Shown here: in pieces, positions 9,829 to 18,233 of the stretch | How the letters are laid out: each line of letters opens with the position of its first letter | Position numbering within the stretch: the first letter of the stretch is position 1 | Assembly: GCA_944386775.1 (NCBI GenBank) | Contig: CALXCJ010000003.1 | Span: forward strand, 1,381-65,380 | Reading direction: 5' to 3' | DNA: 64,000 nt | From: an uncultured Clostridia bacterium | Lineage (GTDB): Bacteria; Bacillota; Clostridia; TANB77; CAG-508 | The notes under the pieces: model-generated | Told to the model about the DNA's origin: nothing | Seen by the model: the letters and a program-made list of their open reading frames with translations, nothing else | The model's database searches: none | Program-made: the position numbers and the translations under genes

Positions 9829-9872
9829 AAAGCTATTTAAAAAGAACAAATAAATTCTTTTTAAATAGCTTT
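9829..9872 (+). terminator. Intrinsic terminator hairpin
   Basis: aaagctatttaaaaagaa (9829-9846) pairs perfectly with ttctttttaaatagcttt (9855-9872). Confidence 0.6.
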
Positions 9873-9877
9873 AAATA

Positions 9878-9906
9878 TTGACAAAAAAGCAGAATAAATA
9901 TAGAAT
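9878..9906 (+). promoter_or_regulatory. Sigma-A type promoter for wzm and downstream genes
   Basis: TTGACA (9878-9883), a 17 nt spacer, then TAGAAT (9901-9906). Confidence 0.5.
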
Positions 9907-9942
9907 ATAACAAAACCAAAAATAAAAAAACAGGAGAGAAAA

Positions 9943-10734
9943 ATGGAATTTATAAAAACAATATGGAAAAACAAAAAATTAATAATTCAACTAGGAAAAA
10001 ATGACTTCAGAAACAAATTTGCAAGTACAAGCCTAGGAAGTTTATGGGGCTTTTTATCTCAATTTATATTTATGCTTACATATGTAATAGTATTCCAGTA
10101 CATACTAAAAACAGGAAGTGCAGGAAATGACCCATATGTAGTATGGTTTTTACCAGGAATATCAATGTGGCTATTTTTGCATGACACAATAATGAGTGCA
10201 AGTTCATCAATAAAAAATTATAGCTACCTAGTCAAAAAAGTAGTATTCCCGGTAGATATAATACCAGTATTTACAATAATATCAAACAGCTTTATATCAC
10301 TATTTTTATTCCTAATATCAATAGTAGTATGCATATGTTTTAGCTATATACCTAATATATTAATGCTAATATATATGATATTTGCTGCAAGCTGTTTAAT
10401 ACTTGCTGTAACAAGATTTACATCAGCACTAACAACATTAGTACCAGACTTTGAACAAGCACTAGGAATAATAATGCAATTATGCTTTTGGTTCACACCA
10501 ATAGTATGGAATTTAAGTATGGTAGCAGAACAGCCAATTTTGCAAAAAATCTTGCAATGCTTTCCATTCACATATCTAGTTACAGGATTTAGGCAAGTAT
10601 TTATAGAAGGAAACATAGTAACTCAGGGACATGGATTTTATACAATAGTATTTTGGGTTATAACAATTGCAATATTTTTATGGGGAAATTATATATTTAA
10701 AAGAAGCAAAAAAGATTTTGCAGATGTATTATAA
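9943..10734 (+). CDS. ABC-2 type polysaccharide/teichoic-acid export permease (Wzm/TagG-like)
   Basis: 263 aa with six predicted TM segments and an ABC-2 N-terminus (NDFRNKFASTSLGSLWGFLSQF). The Wzt/TagH-like ATPase gene lies two genes downstream, after the GT2 gene at 10809-11801. Confidence 0.8.
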   Translation: MEFIKTIWKNKKLIIQLGKNDFRNKFASTSLGSLWGFLSQFIFMLTYVIVFQYILKTGSAGNDPYVVWFLPGISMWLFLHDTIMSASSSIKNYSYLVKKVVFPVDIIPVFTIISNSFISLFLFLISIVVCICFSYIPNILMLIYMIFAASCLILAVTRFTSALTTLVPDFEQALGIIMQLCFWFTPIVWNLSMVAEQPILQKILQCFPFTYLVTGFRQVFIEGNIVTQGHGFYTIVFWVITIAIFLWGNYIFKRSKKDFADVL

Positions 10735-10808
10735 AAATAATTAGAAAAAATATAACAATAAAATATAATGCCAAGATAGGCAATAAAAAAAGAAGGTTGG
10801 AAAAAAAT

Positions 10809-11801
10809 ATGGATGAAAAAGTAGATGTATTACTTGCAACATATAATGGAGAAAAATATTTAAAAGAACAAATAGATAGTATATTAAACCAAACATATAA
10901 AAATATAAGGCTAATCATATCAGATGACTGTTCTTCTGATTCAACAAGGAAAATCTTAAAGCAATATGAAGAAAAAGATGAAAGGATAAAAGTTTTCTTT
11001 CAAGAAAAAAATTTAGGATATGTAAAAAATTTTGAATTTTTACTAAAGCAAGTAGAAAACGACCTTTATATGTTATCAGACCAAGATGATGTATGGTTAC
11101 CAGAAAAAATAGAAAAATCTGTAGAAACAATAAAAAAGGAAAATGCAGACTTAGTTTTTGGAGACTTAGAAGTAGTAGATCAAAACTTAAATACTATTTA
11201 TCCATCATTTGGTGATTTTATGTTGCTAAATAAAAAAATAGAAAAATACATAAACACATATAAAATTAACTATTTATATAATTGTGTAACAGGTTGCACA
11301 ATTATATCAAAAAAGAAATTTATAGAAAAAATGCTACCATTTCCAACAAATTCAAAATATTTAATACACGACCATTGGATAGCGCTTATAGTATCATTAA
11401 ATGGAAAACTAGCATATATGAAAACTCCATATATAAAATATAGGCAACACGGAAACAATCAAGTAGGAGTTAATAAAATATCACATAAATCTAATAAGTT
11501 AGAGCAAGTAAGAAATTTATTTATAGATGTAAAATTAGGTATATTTTCTACATATGTAAAAAGAAAAGAAGTTTTCCCAAAAGTACTACAAGAATTAAAC
11601 CAAAAAGCCGTAGAGTACTATAAAATGTTACAAACAAAAAAATATATGAACTTTAAAAATTGGAACATATTTCACGAATTATATAAAACCGAAAGTTTCA
11701 AATATTATATAGAAAATTTTTTAATATTAAATATGCCACTTCTTATACAAATACCATTTAAAATCAGAATTATCATCTTAAAAGCGTTAAAGAAAAGATA
11801 A
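10809..11801 (+). CDS. Family 2 glycosyltransferase, paralogue of 8805-9788
   Basis: Contains MDEKVDVLLATYNGEKYLKEQIDSILNQTYKN, ISDDCSSD and SDQDDVWLPEKIEKS. The ATG at 10809 follows RBS agaagg; the track lists a TTG at 10797. Confidence 0.8.
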   Translation: MDEKVDVLLATYNGEKYLKEQIDSILNQTYKNIRLIISDDCSSDSTRKILKQYEEKDERIKVFFQEKNLGYVKNFEFLLKQVENDLYMLSDQDDVWLPEKIEKSVETIKKENADLVFGDLEVVDQNLNTIYPSFGDFMLLNKKIEKYINTYKINYLYNCVTGCTIISKKKFIEKMLPFPTNSKYLIHDHWIALIVSLNGKLAYMKTPYIKYRQHGNNQVGVNKISHKSNKLEQVRNLFIDVKLGIFSTYVKRKEVFPKVLQELNQKAVEYYKMLQTKKYMNFKNWNIFHELYKTESFKYYIENFLILNMPLLIQIPFKIRIIILKALKKR

Positions 11802-11829
11802 TTACTTGCGAAAGGAGAAAATTTGCAAA

Positions 11830-13338
11830 ATGGGTAAAAAAGAAAATAAAAATCTAGAAAAAGAAAACTTAGAAAAAGAAAAGTCAGAAAATGCAAAAAT
11901 GCAGAAAGAAAAACAAGAAAATGAAAAGTCAGAAAATAAAAAAACAGAAAATAAAATAATGCAAAATCATAAAACTAAAGACAAAACATCAGACAATGAA
12001 AAAATGGAAAATAGTGAAAACACAATAGAAATAAAAAACCTAGTAAAAGAATACAAAATGTTCAGATCAAAAAAGGACAGACTTCTAGAAACAATATTTC
12101 CACCATATCAAAAACACGACGTATTCCGTGCCATGGACAACCTAAACTTAGAAGTAAAAAAAGGAGAAGTACTAGGAGTACTTGGAAAAAATGGAGCAGG
12201 AAAATCAACACTTTTAAAAATGATAACAGGAGTTGTAACACCAACATCAGGAGAAATAAAAGTAAAAGGAAAAATAAGCTCACTTCTAGAACTTGGAGCA
12301 GCATTTAACTCTGAACTAACCGGAATAGAAAACATATACCAACACGGCCAGATAATGGGCTTAACAAATGAAGAAATAGAAGAAAGAAAGCAAGACATAA
12401 TAGATTTTGCAGACATAGGAGAGCACCTATATCAACCAGTAAAAACATACTCATCAGGAATGTTTGCACGTTTAGCATTTGCATGTGCTATAAATGTAGA
12501 CCCAGATATACTAATCGTAGATGAAGTCTTATCAGTGGGAGACATGGCATTCCAATTAAAATGTTTCAAAAAATTTGAACAATTCAAGAAAAAAGGAAAA
12601 ACAATACTATTTGTTACACACAGCATAAATGACGTGCTAAGAAACTGCACAAGAACAATAATAATAGAAAGTGGTAAAAAAATATTTGACGGCTCAGTAA
12701 AAGACGGCGTAGAAAAATACAAAAAAATGATAGTAGGAATAAACCCAGAAGAAAATAAAGAAACACAAGAAATAAAAGAAGAAAATAAAATAACAGACAA
12801 AAAGCAATTTGAAAACAGTTTATATAACCCAGAAGAACTATGGAAAACAAGATTTAACGAAAACCCAAACCTAATAAACTACGGAAACGGTGCAGCAGAA
12901 GTAATAGATTATGGAATGTTTGACCTAGAAGACAATTTCTGTATGATGATAGAAAACGACAAAGAAATAGTACTAAAATCAAAAGTACTATTCCACCAAG
13001 ATGTAAAAGACCCAATATTCACAATGACACTAAAAGACTTCAAAGGTCTAGAAATATGTGGAACAAACACAGTAATAGAAAAAATAATAACAGGAGAATT
13101 CAAAAAAGGAGACATAGCAATAACAGAATTCAAAGTAATGTTCCCAGTAGCACCAGGAAAATACACACTATCATTTAGTTGTACACATTTCAATAATAGA
13201 GGAGAACTAGAAGTCCTAAACAGAAAATATGATGCATTACTTGTAGAAGTCATGTCAGTAAAAGAAATGGTAGGCTTACTAAAAATAAACCCAGAAGTAA
13301 CAGTAACTAAAATACCGGGATTAGGGGACGGTCCTTAA
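11830..13338 (+). CDS. Polysaccharide ABC exporter ATP-binding protein (Wzt/TagH-like), with a K/E-rich N-terminal extension and a C-terminal extra domain
   Basis: Walker A GKNGAGKST, signature YSSGMFARLAF and Walker B ILIVDEVLSVGD. About 170 aa lie beyond the NBD. The start is uncertain (11830 after RBS aaaggaga, or the internal ATG at 12004). The last 8 codons come from repeat copy 2. Confidence 0.85.
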   Translation: MGKKENKNLEKENLEKEKSENAKMQKEKQENEKSENKKTENKIMQNHKTKDKTSDNEKMENSENTIEIKNLVKEYKMFRSKKDRLLETIFPPYQKHDVFRAMDNLNLEVKKGEVLGVLGKNGAGKSTLLKMITGVVTPTSGEIKVKGKISSLLELGAAFNSELTGIENIYQHGQIMGLTNEEIEERKQDIIDFADIGEHLYQPVKTYSSGMFARLAFACAINVDPDILIVDEVLSVGDMAFQLKCFKKFEQFKKKGKTILFVTHSINDVLRNCTRTIIIESGKKIFDGSVKDGVEKYKKMIVGINPEENKETQEIKEENKITDKKQFENSLYNPEELWKTRFNENPNLINYGNGAAEVIDYGMFDLEDNFCMMIENDKEIVLKSKVLFHQDVKDPIFTMTLKDFKGLEICGTNTVIEKIITGEFKKGDIAITEFKVMFPVAPGKYTLSFSCTHFNNRGELEVLNRKYDALLVEVMSVKEMVGLLKINPEVTVTKIPGLGDGP

Positions 13339-13371
13339 AATCCCGGCTAGACGGGATTTTAGGGACGGACC
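13316..13371 (+). repeat. GC-rich palindromic intergenic element, copy 2 (terminator for wzt)
   Basis: Sequence cgggattaggggacggtccttaaaatcccggctagacgggattttagggacggacc. One mismatch in the central palindrome. It encodes the Wzt C-terminus ...PGLGDGP*. Confidence 0.75.
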
Positions 13372-13528
13372 TTATAAAATTAATAGAAAAATTAATAGAA
13401 AATTTAACAGCAAATTTAAAAAGAAAATTAACAGGATAATTAATTAATAAGAAATTTAAAAAGAAAGTTTTAGTTTTAAAGAAATGCTTTCATAACTGAT
13501 AAGTGCTTTGAAAAGAAGTGGAGTTTTT

Positions 13529-14527
13529 ATGAAAAAAACAAAAATACCAAAAAAAGAATTACAAAATGTCATAAGTCAAAATAAAGAAAACCAAAAAATC
13601 AAAACAAAAAAGACAAAAATAAAACTTTTGAATCGTAAAATAATAATTCTACTTATAATAACATTTTTACTGATAATACTTTCAATATGGATAAATATTT
13701 CAATAAAAAGAAATAATAAAATAGAACTAATTCAAACATCACCACAAAGCAAAAGCCAAATGATGGGATACATAATAAAAACAAAACAAGGCAAAGTAAT
13801 TGCAATAGATGGTGGAACTGTAGAAGATACAGAAAATTTTGTAAAAAATATAAATGACTTAGGTGGAAAAATTGATATTTGGTTTATAACGCATCCACAC
13901 AAAGACCATGCAGGAGTATTAAATTGTGTAATAGAGCAAAATATAGATTTAAACATAGAAAAAATCTATTATACTGCAAATGACTTAAGCTGGTACCTTG
14001 AATATGACCCTGAAAGAGCATTTGAAGCAGAAAATTTTTATAAAACAATAAGTAATGACAGAATAAAAGGCAAAGTAGAAGAAGTTACATTAAACCAAAT
14101 AATAAGTATAGATAATGTAAAGTTTGAAATTTTAGGAGTAAAAAATCCTGAAATTACAGTAAATCCATTTAATAATTCAAGTATGGTAATAAAGTTAAAA
14201 GTAAATGAAAAGCAAGTATTATTTTTGGCAGACACAGGAACAGAATCTGGGAAAAAGCTATTACAAAATCAAGGAGATAAATTAAAATCAGATATTGTTC
14301 AAATGGCACATCACGGACAAGCAGGAGTAACAGAGGAAGTATATAAAAAAATAGATCCAAAAATATGCTTATGGCCAACGCCAGACTGGTTATGGGATAA
14401 TGACCCTGGAACAGGTTACAATACTGGACCATATAAAACAATAGAAACAAGAAATTGGATAGAATCTTTAAATGTAAAACAAAATATTGTTGCAAAAGAT
14501 GGAGATATAAAATTAGAAATTTGGTAA
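13529..14527 (+). CDS. Membrane-anchored metallo-beta-lactamase-fold hydrolase (ComEC-type MBL domain)
   Basis: HxHxDH motif ITHPHKDHAGVL and a later MAHHGQAG. One N-terminal TM (IIILLIITFLLIILSIWINI). The ATG at 13529 follows RBS gaagtggag. Confidence 0.7.
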   Translation: MKKTKIPKKELQNVISQNKENQKIKTKKTKIKLLNRKIIILLIITFLLIILSIWINISIKRNNKIELIQTSPQSKSQMMGYIIKTKQGKVIAIDGGTVEDTENFVKNINDLGGKIDIWFITHPHKDHAGVLNCVIEQNIDLNIEKIYYTANDLSWYLEYDPERAFEAENFYKTISNDRIKGKVEEVTLNQIISIDNVKFEILGVKNPEITVNPFNNSSMVIKLKVNEKQVLFLADTGTESGKKLLQNQGDKLKSDIVQMAHHGQAGVTEEVYKKIDPKICLWPTPDWLWDNDPGTGYNTGPYKTIETRNWIESLNVKQNIVAKDGDIKLEIW

Positions 14528-14547
14528 AAATAGAAATGGGGATTTTT

Positions 14548-16302
14548 ATGGAATTGAACTTACAAAATGAAGAAGCAAGAATTGCAAATTACATATTACA
14601 AAATGATAAATCTGAATATGAAAAAATAATAGAAAGGGAACAAGATATTGATGTTTTTCAAAGTTTATCACCAATAAGAAAAAACATATTAAATTGGTAT
14701 CCTTTTAAAGAAAATTCTAAAATTTTAGAAATTGGAGCAAACTTTGGTGAAGTAACAGAAGTTTTTATAGAAAAAGCATCAGAAGTAGTAGCAATTGAAG
14801 AAAACGAAAAAAAAGCAGAAGCAATTAAAAAAAGATATGAGATGGTACCAAACTTAAAAGTAATAACAGATAAATTAGAAAAAATAAATATTGAAAGTAA
14901 ATTTGACTATACAATAATATATAGCCCAAACTTAATTAAATATGCTTTAAACTATACAAAATTAGATGGAAAAATACTACTTGCAACAAACAATAGATTT
15001 GGAATTTGCTATTTTGCAGGTGCAAGCAAAAATGGAAGAATTTATGATACAATACAAAATGAAAAACAAGACTTATATAGTAAGCAAGAAATAGAAGAAG
15101 AACTTTCAAGGCTAGAGATTAAAAACTATAAATTTTACTACCCATTACCAAACTACAAAATGCCAAATGTAATATTTTCAAGTGATTATCTTCCAAACGA
15201 AAATACTACAAAATTAATGTATAATATTATGTATGAAAAGGGAAGTGTAGTAGTATTTGATGAATTAAAAGCTATTAAACAATTAACTAAAAATAAGCAA
15301 TTTGAATTTTTTGCAAATTCATACTTAGTAGAAATACAAAATACCCAAAACCAAGAAAAATCTAATGTAAAATTTGTAAGTTTTAATAATAACAGAAAAG
15401 AAAAATATAGACTTGCAACAATAATACAAGAAGATGTGGCAAAGCAAGAAACAGTTGCAGTAAAAGAAATGATATCGCCAAAAGCACAAGAACATATGCA
15501 AAATATAAAATTAAATACGAAAAAACTAGAAGAATTAGGTTTTGAAATGTTAGACAAAATAGAAGAAAACAAAGTAATTAGTAAATATATAGAAGGAGAC
15601 ACACTAGATAAAATAATTGCAAAAAACATTTTAAACAAAAATATAGAAAAGGCATATGAACTTATAGATAATTGGTATAAATACATTAAAGATAAACTAG
15701 TAAAGAACAAAAAATCAGAAATAAATGAAAATATTAAGGTATCAAAAGAAGAATTAGAAGGATTAACTATATTAAAAAATGGATATATAGACTTAGTATT
15801 TGAAAACACATTTTATAAAGATGGTAAATTTATGTTTTTTGACCAAGAATGGTATAAAGACGGAATTCCAATAGAATACTTACTATATAGAGCCATAAAT
15901 AATATGTATTCGTATAATTTAGAATTAAATCAAATTTTAAATGAAACAGAAATATTTAAAAGATATAATATAGAAAAATATATAGACTTATTTAAAAAAA
16001 TAGAAGAATTTATTCAAAAAGACATAATAGATGAAAATATGAAAGCTATAAATAATTTATCATTAGAAAAATTATATGATATAAATTGTGCAAGCCTTTT
16101 AGTAAAGCAAATAGAAAATTATAAACAAAATGATGCAAAACAAACAAAATATATTACAGAAATAGAAAATGACAATAAAAATAAGCAATCATATATAAAT
16201 GTTTTAGAAGGCCAAATAAAAGATTTAACTCAAAAATTGCAAGAAGCAAATACCGCACAAGAAAAGCCAGAAAAAAAGCGAAGTTTATTTTTTAGAAAAT
16301 AA
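14548..16302 (+). CDS. Putative glycan chain-terminating enzyme (WbdD-like): class I methyltransferase-like domain, kinase-like domain and a C-terminal coiled coil
   Basis: Methyltransferase-like motif I ILEIGANFGEV, acidic VVAIEEN, FDYTIIY. Kinase-like IDLVFENTF...FFDQEW (DLxxxN ... D-x-E). The C-terminal heptad-rich tail is QIENYKQNDAKQTKYITEIENDNKNKQSYINVLEGQIKDLTQKLQEA. Confidence 0.5.
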   Translation: MELNLQNEEARIANYILQNDKSEYEKIIEREQDIDVFQSLSPIRKNILNWYPFKENSKILEIGANFGEVTEVFIEKASEVVAIEENEKKAEAIKKRYEMVPNLKVITDKLEKINIESKFDYTIIYSPNLIKYALNYTKLDGKILLATNNRFGICYFAGASKNGRIYDTIQNEKQDLYSKQEIEEELSRLEIKNYKFYYPLPNYKMPNVIFSSDYLPNENTTKLMYNIMYEKGSVVVFDELKAIKQLTKNKQFEFFANSYLVEIQNTQNQEKSNVKFVSFNNNRKEKYRLATIIQEDVAKQETVAVKEMISPKAQEHMQNIKLNTKKLEELGFEMLDKIEENKVISKYIEGDTLDKIIAKNILNKNIEKAYELIDNWYKYIKDKLVKNKKSEINENIKVSKEELEGLTILKNGYIDLVFENTFYKDGKFMFFDQEWYKDGIPIEYLLYRAINNMYSYNLELNQILNETEIFKRYNIEKYIDLFKKIEEFIQKDIIDENMKAINNLSLEKLYDINCASLLVKQIENYKQNDAKQTKYITEIENDNKNKQSYINVLEGQIKDLTQKLQEANTAQEKPEKKRSLFFRK

Positions 16303-16359
16303 TCTCAAAAAAGTGTAAAAATAAAAGGGCAAAAATTATTAAAAAAAGGAGAGAAGAAA

Positions 16360-18087
16360 ATGTTAAATAAGTTATTACCAGAAAACTCAAAAAGAAGAAT
16401 ATTTGCAAAAAAGATATATAATAAATATTTTGCAAAATATAGTGAAGAAGAAAGAATATACAAAAAATGGATAGAAAAAAATGAGCCAGACAAAAATGAA
16501 TTAGAAAGGCAAAGAAATGAAAAATTTAAATTAAATCCAAAAATAAGTATAGTAGTACCTGTTTATAATACACCAGAAGATTTTTTTCAAGAATTAGTAG
16601 AAAGTTTGCAAAACCAAACATATCCAAATTGGGAGTTATGTTTAGCTGATGGTTCACCAGAAAGTCTAAAATTTATGCAAGAATACCCAAAAAAAGATGA
16701 AAGAATAAAATACAAAATAATTGGTGAAAACAAGGGAATATCAGGTAACACAAATGAAGCGTTATCACTTGCAACAGGTGATTATATTGGACTTTTAGAC
16801 CATGATGATTTATTACCAGCATTTTCATTATATGAAGTAGTAAAAGTAATAAATGAAAATCCAGAAGTAGAATTTATTTATACAGACGAAGATAAACTAG
16901 AAACAGTAAAAGGTCCAAGATATGGAGTATTTTTTAAACCAGATTTTTCACCATATACTTTAAATAGTGCAAACTATATATGTCATTTTAGTATATTTAA
17001 AAGAGAATTAATGGATAAACTACAAGGATTTAGAAGTAAATATGATGGAAGCCAAGATTTTGATATAGTTGCAAGAGCATCAGAAGAAACAAAAAATATA
17101 GTTCATATACCAAAAGTTTTGTATCATTGGAGAGCACATAAAAATTCAACAGCAAGTAATTCAGATTCAAAGCCATATGCTTTTGAAGTTGGAAAACAAG
17201 TAATAAAAGATCACATAAAAAGAAGTTTAGATACAGATGTGGAAGTAACAGATGGGCTTACTCCTGGAAGCTATGAAGTAAAATATGAAGTTAAAGGGAT
17301 GCCAAAAGTAAGTATTATATTAGATGCAATAGGGTTAGTAAATAGCCAAATAGAAGATTTGCTTAAAAAAATAATGGTATCTTCATATAAAAATTATGAA
17401 ATAATATTACTAACAAACCAAAATGAAAGTGAGCTTAAAAATGTAGCAGATATAGATAATATTAAAGTAGCATTTGAAAGTGAATCTAATTTTAAAGCAT
17501 ACAATAATTTGAAAGACAAAATTGATGGAGAATATTTTATTATATTTGATAAAAATCTAAAAAATATTGCAGTAAAAGATTATATCCAAGATTTAGTTGG
17601 TATATGCCAAGATAAAACTGTAGGTATTGTTGGAACAAAATTATATAATGCTAAAAATTTAGTAGAACATTCAGGTATAGTTATAGGTATGAATGGGGTA
17701 GGAGATTTTGTTTATAAAGGTGTTCCAAAAGACATAGGAACATATATGCAAAGATTATTGATAATTCATAATGTAAGTGCAGTACTTTTGAAATATTCAA
17801 TGATTGATAAAAAACTTTGGGAAAGTTTGGGTGGATTTTCAGAAGATGCTAGTTTGAAGGGAATAGAAAATGATATTGATTATTGTTTAAAACTTTTAAA
17901 CGATGGAAAACAAGTAGTTATTAACCCTATTGTGTCTTTTGAGGTTAAAGAGCTTAATTATCCTATTTTAACTGAAGATGAAAGCAAAAGTTTTATTGAA
18001 AAATGGCAAGAAGAGTATATACGTGGAGATAGGTATTTTAGCCCAAATTTAAGTAAAAAGAGTACAGGCATTTCTATAAAAATCTAA
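16360..18087 (+). CDS. Two-module family 2 glycosyltransferase
   Basis: 575 aa with ISIVVPVYNTPEDFFQELVESLQNQTYPNWELCLADGS and LLDHDDLL, plus a second GT-A-like half (VSIILDAIG...). RBS aaggagag. Confidence 0.75.
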   Translation: MLNKLLPENSKRRIFAKKIYNKYFAKYSEEERIYKKWIEKNEPDKNELERQRNEKFKLNPKISIVVPVYNTPEDFFQELVESLQNQTYPNWELCLADGSPESLKFMQEYPKKDERIKYKIIGENKGISGNTNEALSLATGDYIGLLDHDDLLPAFSLYEVVKVINENPEVEFIYTDEDKLETVKGPRYGVFFKPDFSPYTLNSANYICHFSIFKRELMDKLQGFRSKYDGSQDFDIVARASEETKNIVHIPKVLYHWRAHKNSTASNSDSKPYAFEVGKQVIKDHIKRSLDTDVEVTDGLTPGSYEVKYEVKGMPKVSIILDAIGLVNSQIEDLLKKIMVSSYKNYEIILLTNQNESELKNVADIDNIKVAFESESNFKAYNNLKDKIDGEYFIIFDKNLKNIAVKDYIQDLVGICQDKTVGIVGTKLYNAKNLVEHSGIVIGMNGVGDFVYKGVPKDIGTYMQRLLIIHNVSAVLLKYSMIDKKLWESLGGFSEDASLKGIENDIDYCLKLLNDGKQVVINPIVSFEVKELNYPILTEDESKSFIEKWQEEYIRGDRYFSPNLSKKSTGISIKI

Positions 18088-18233
18088 AATATTAGTTAAA
18101 TTTTGGAGCTACAAAAGGAAGATAATTTAAAGCAACTAATATATTAAAAATAATTTATACCAAGCGATTTATAACAAATAATTTATAGTAAATAAATAAT
18201 AGTAAATAATTTACAAGTAAAGGATGGTTTTTT

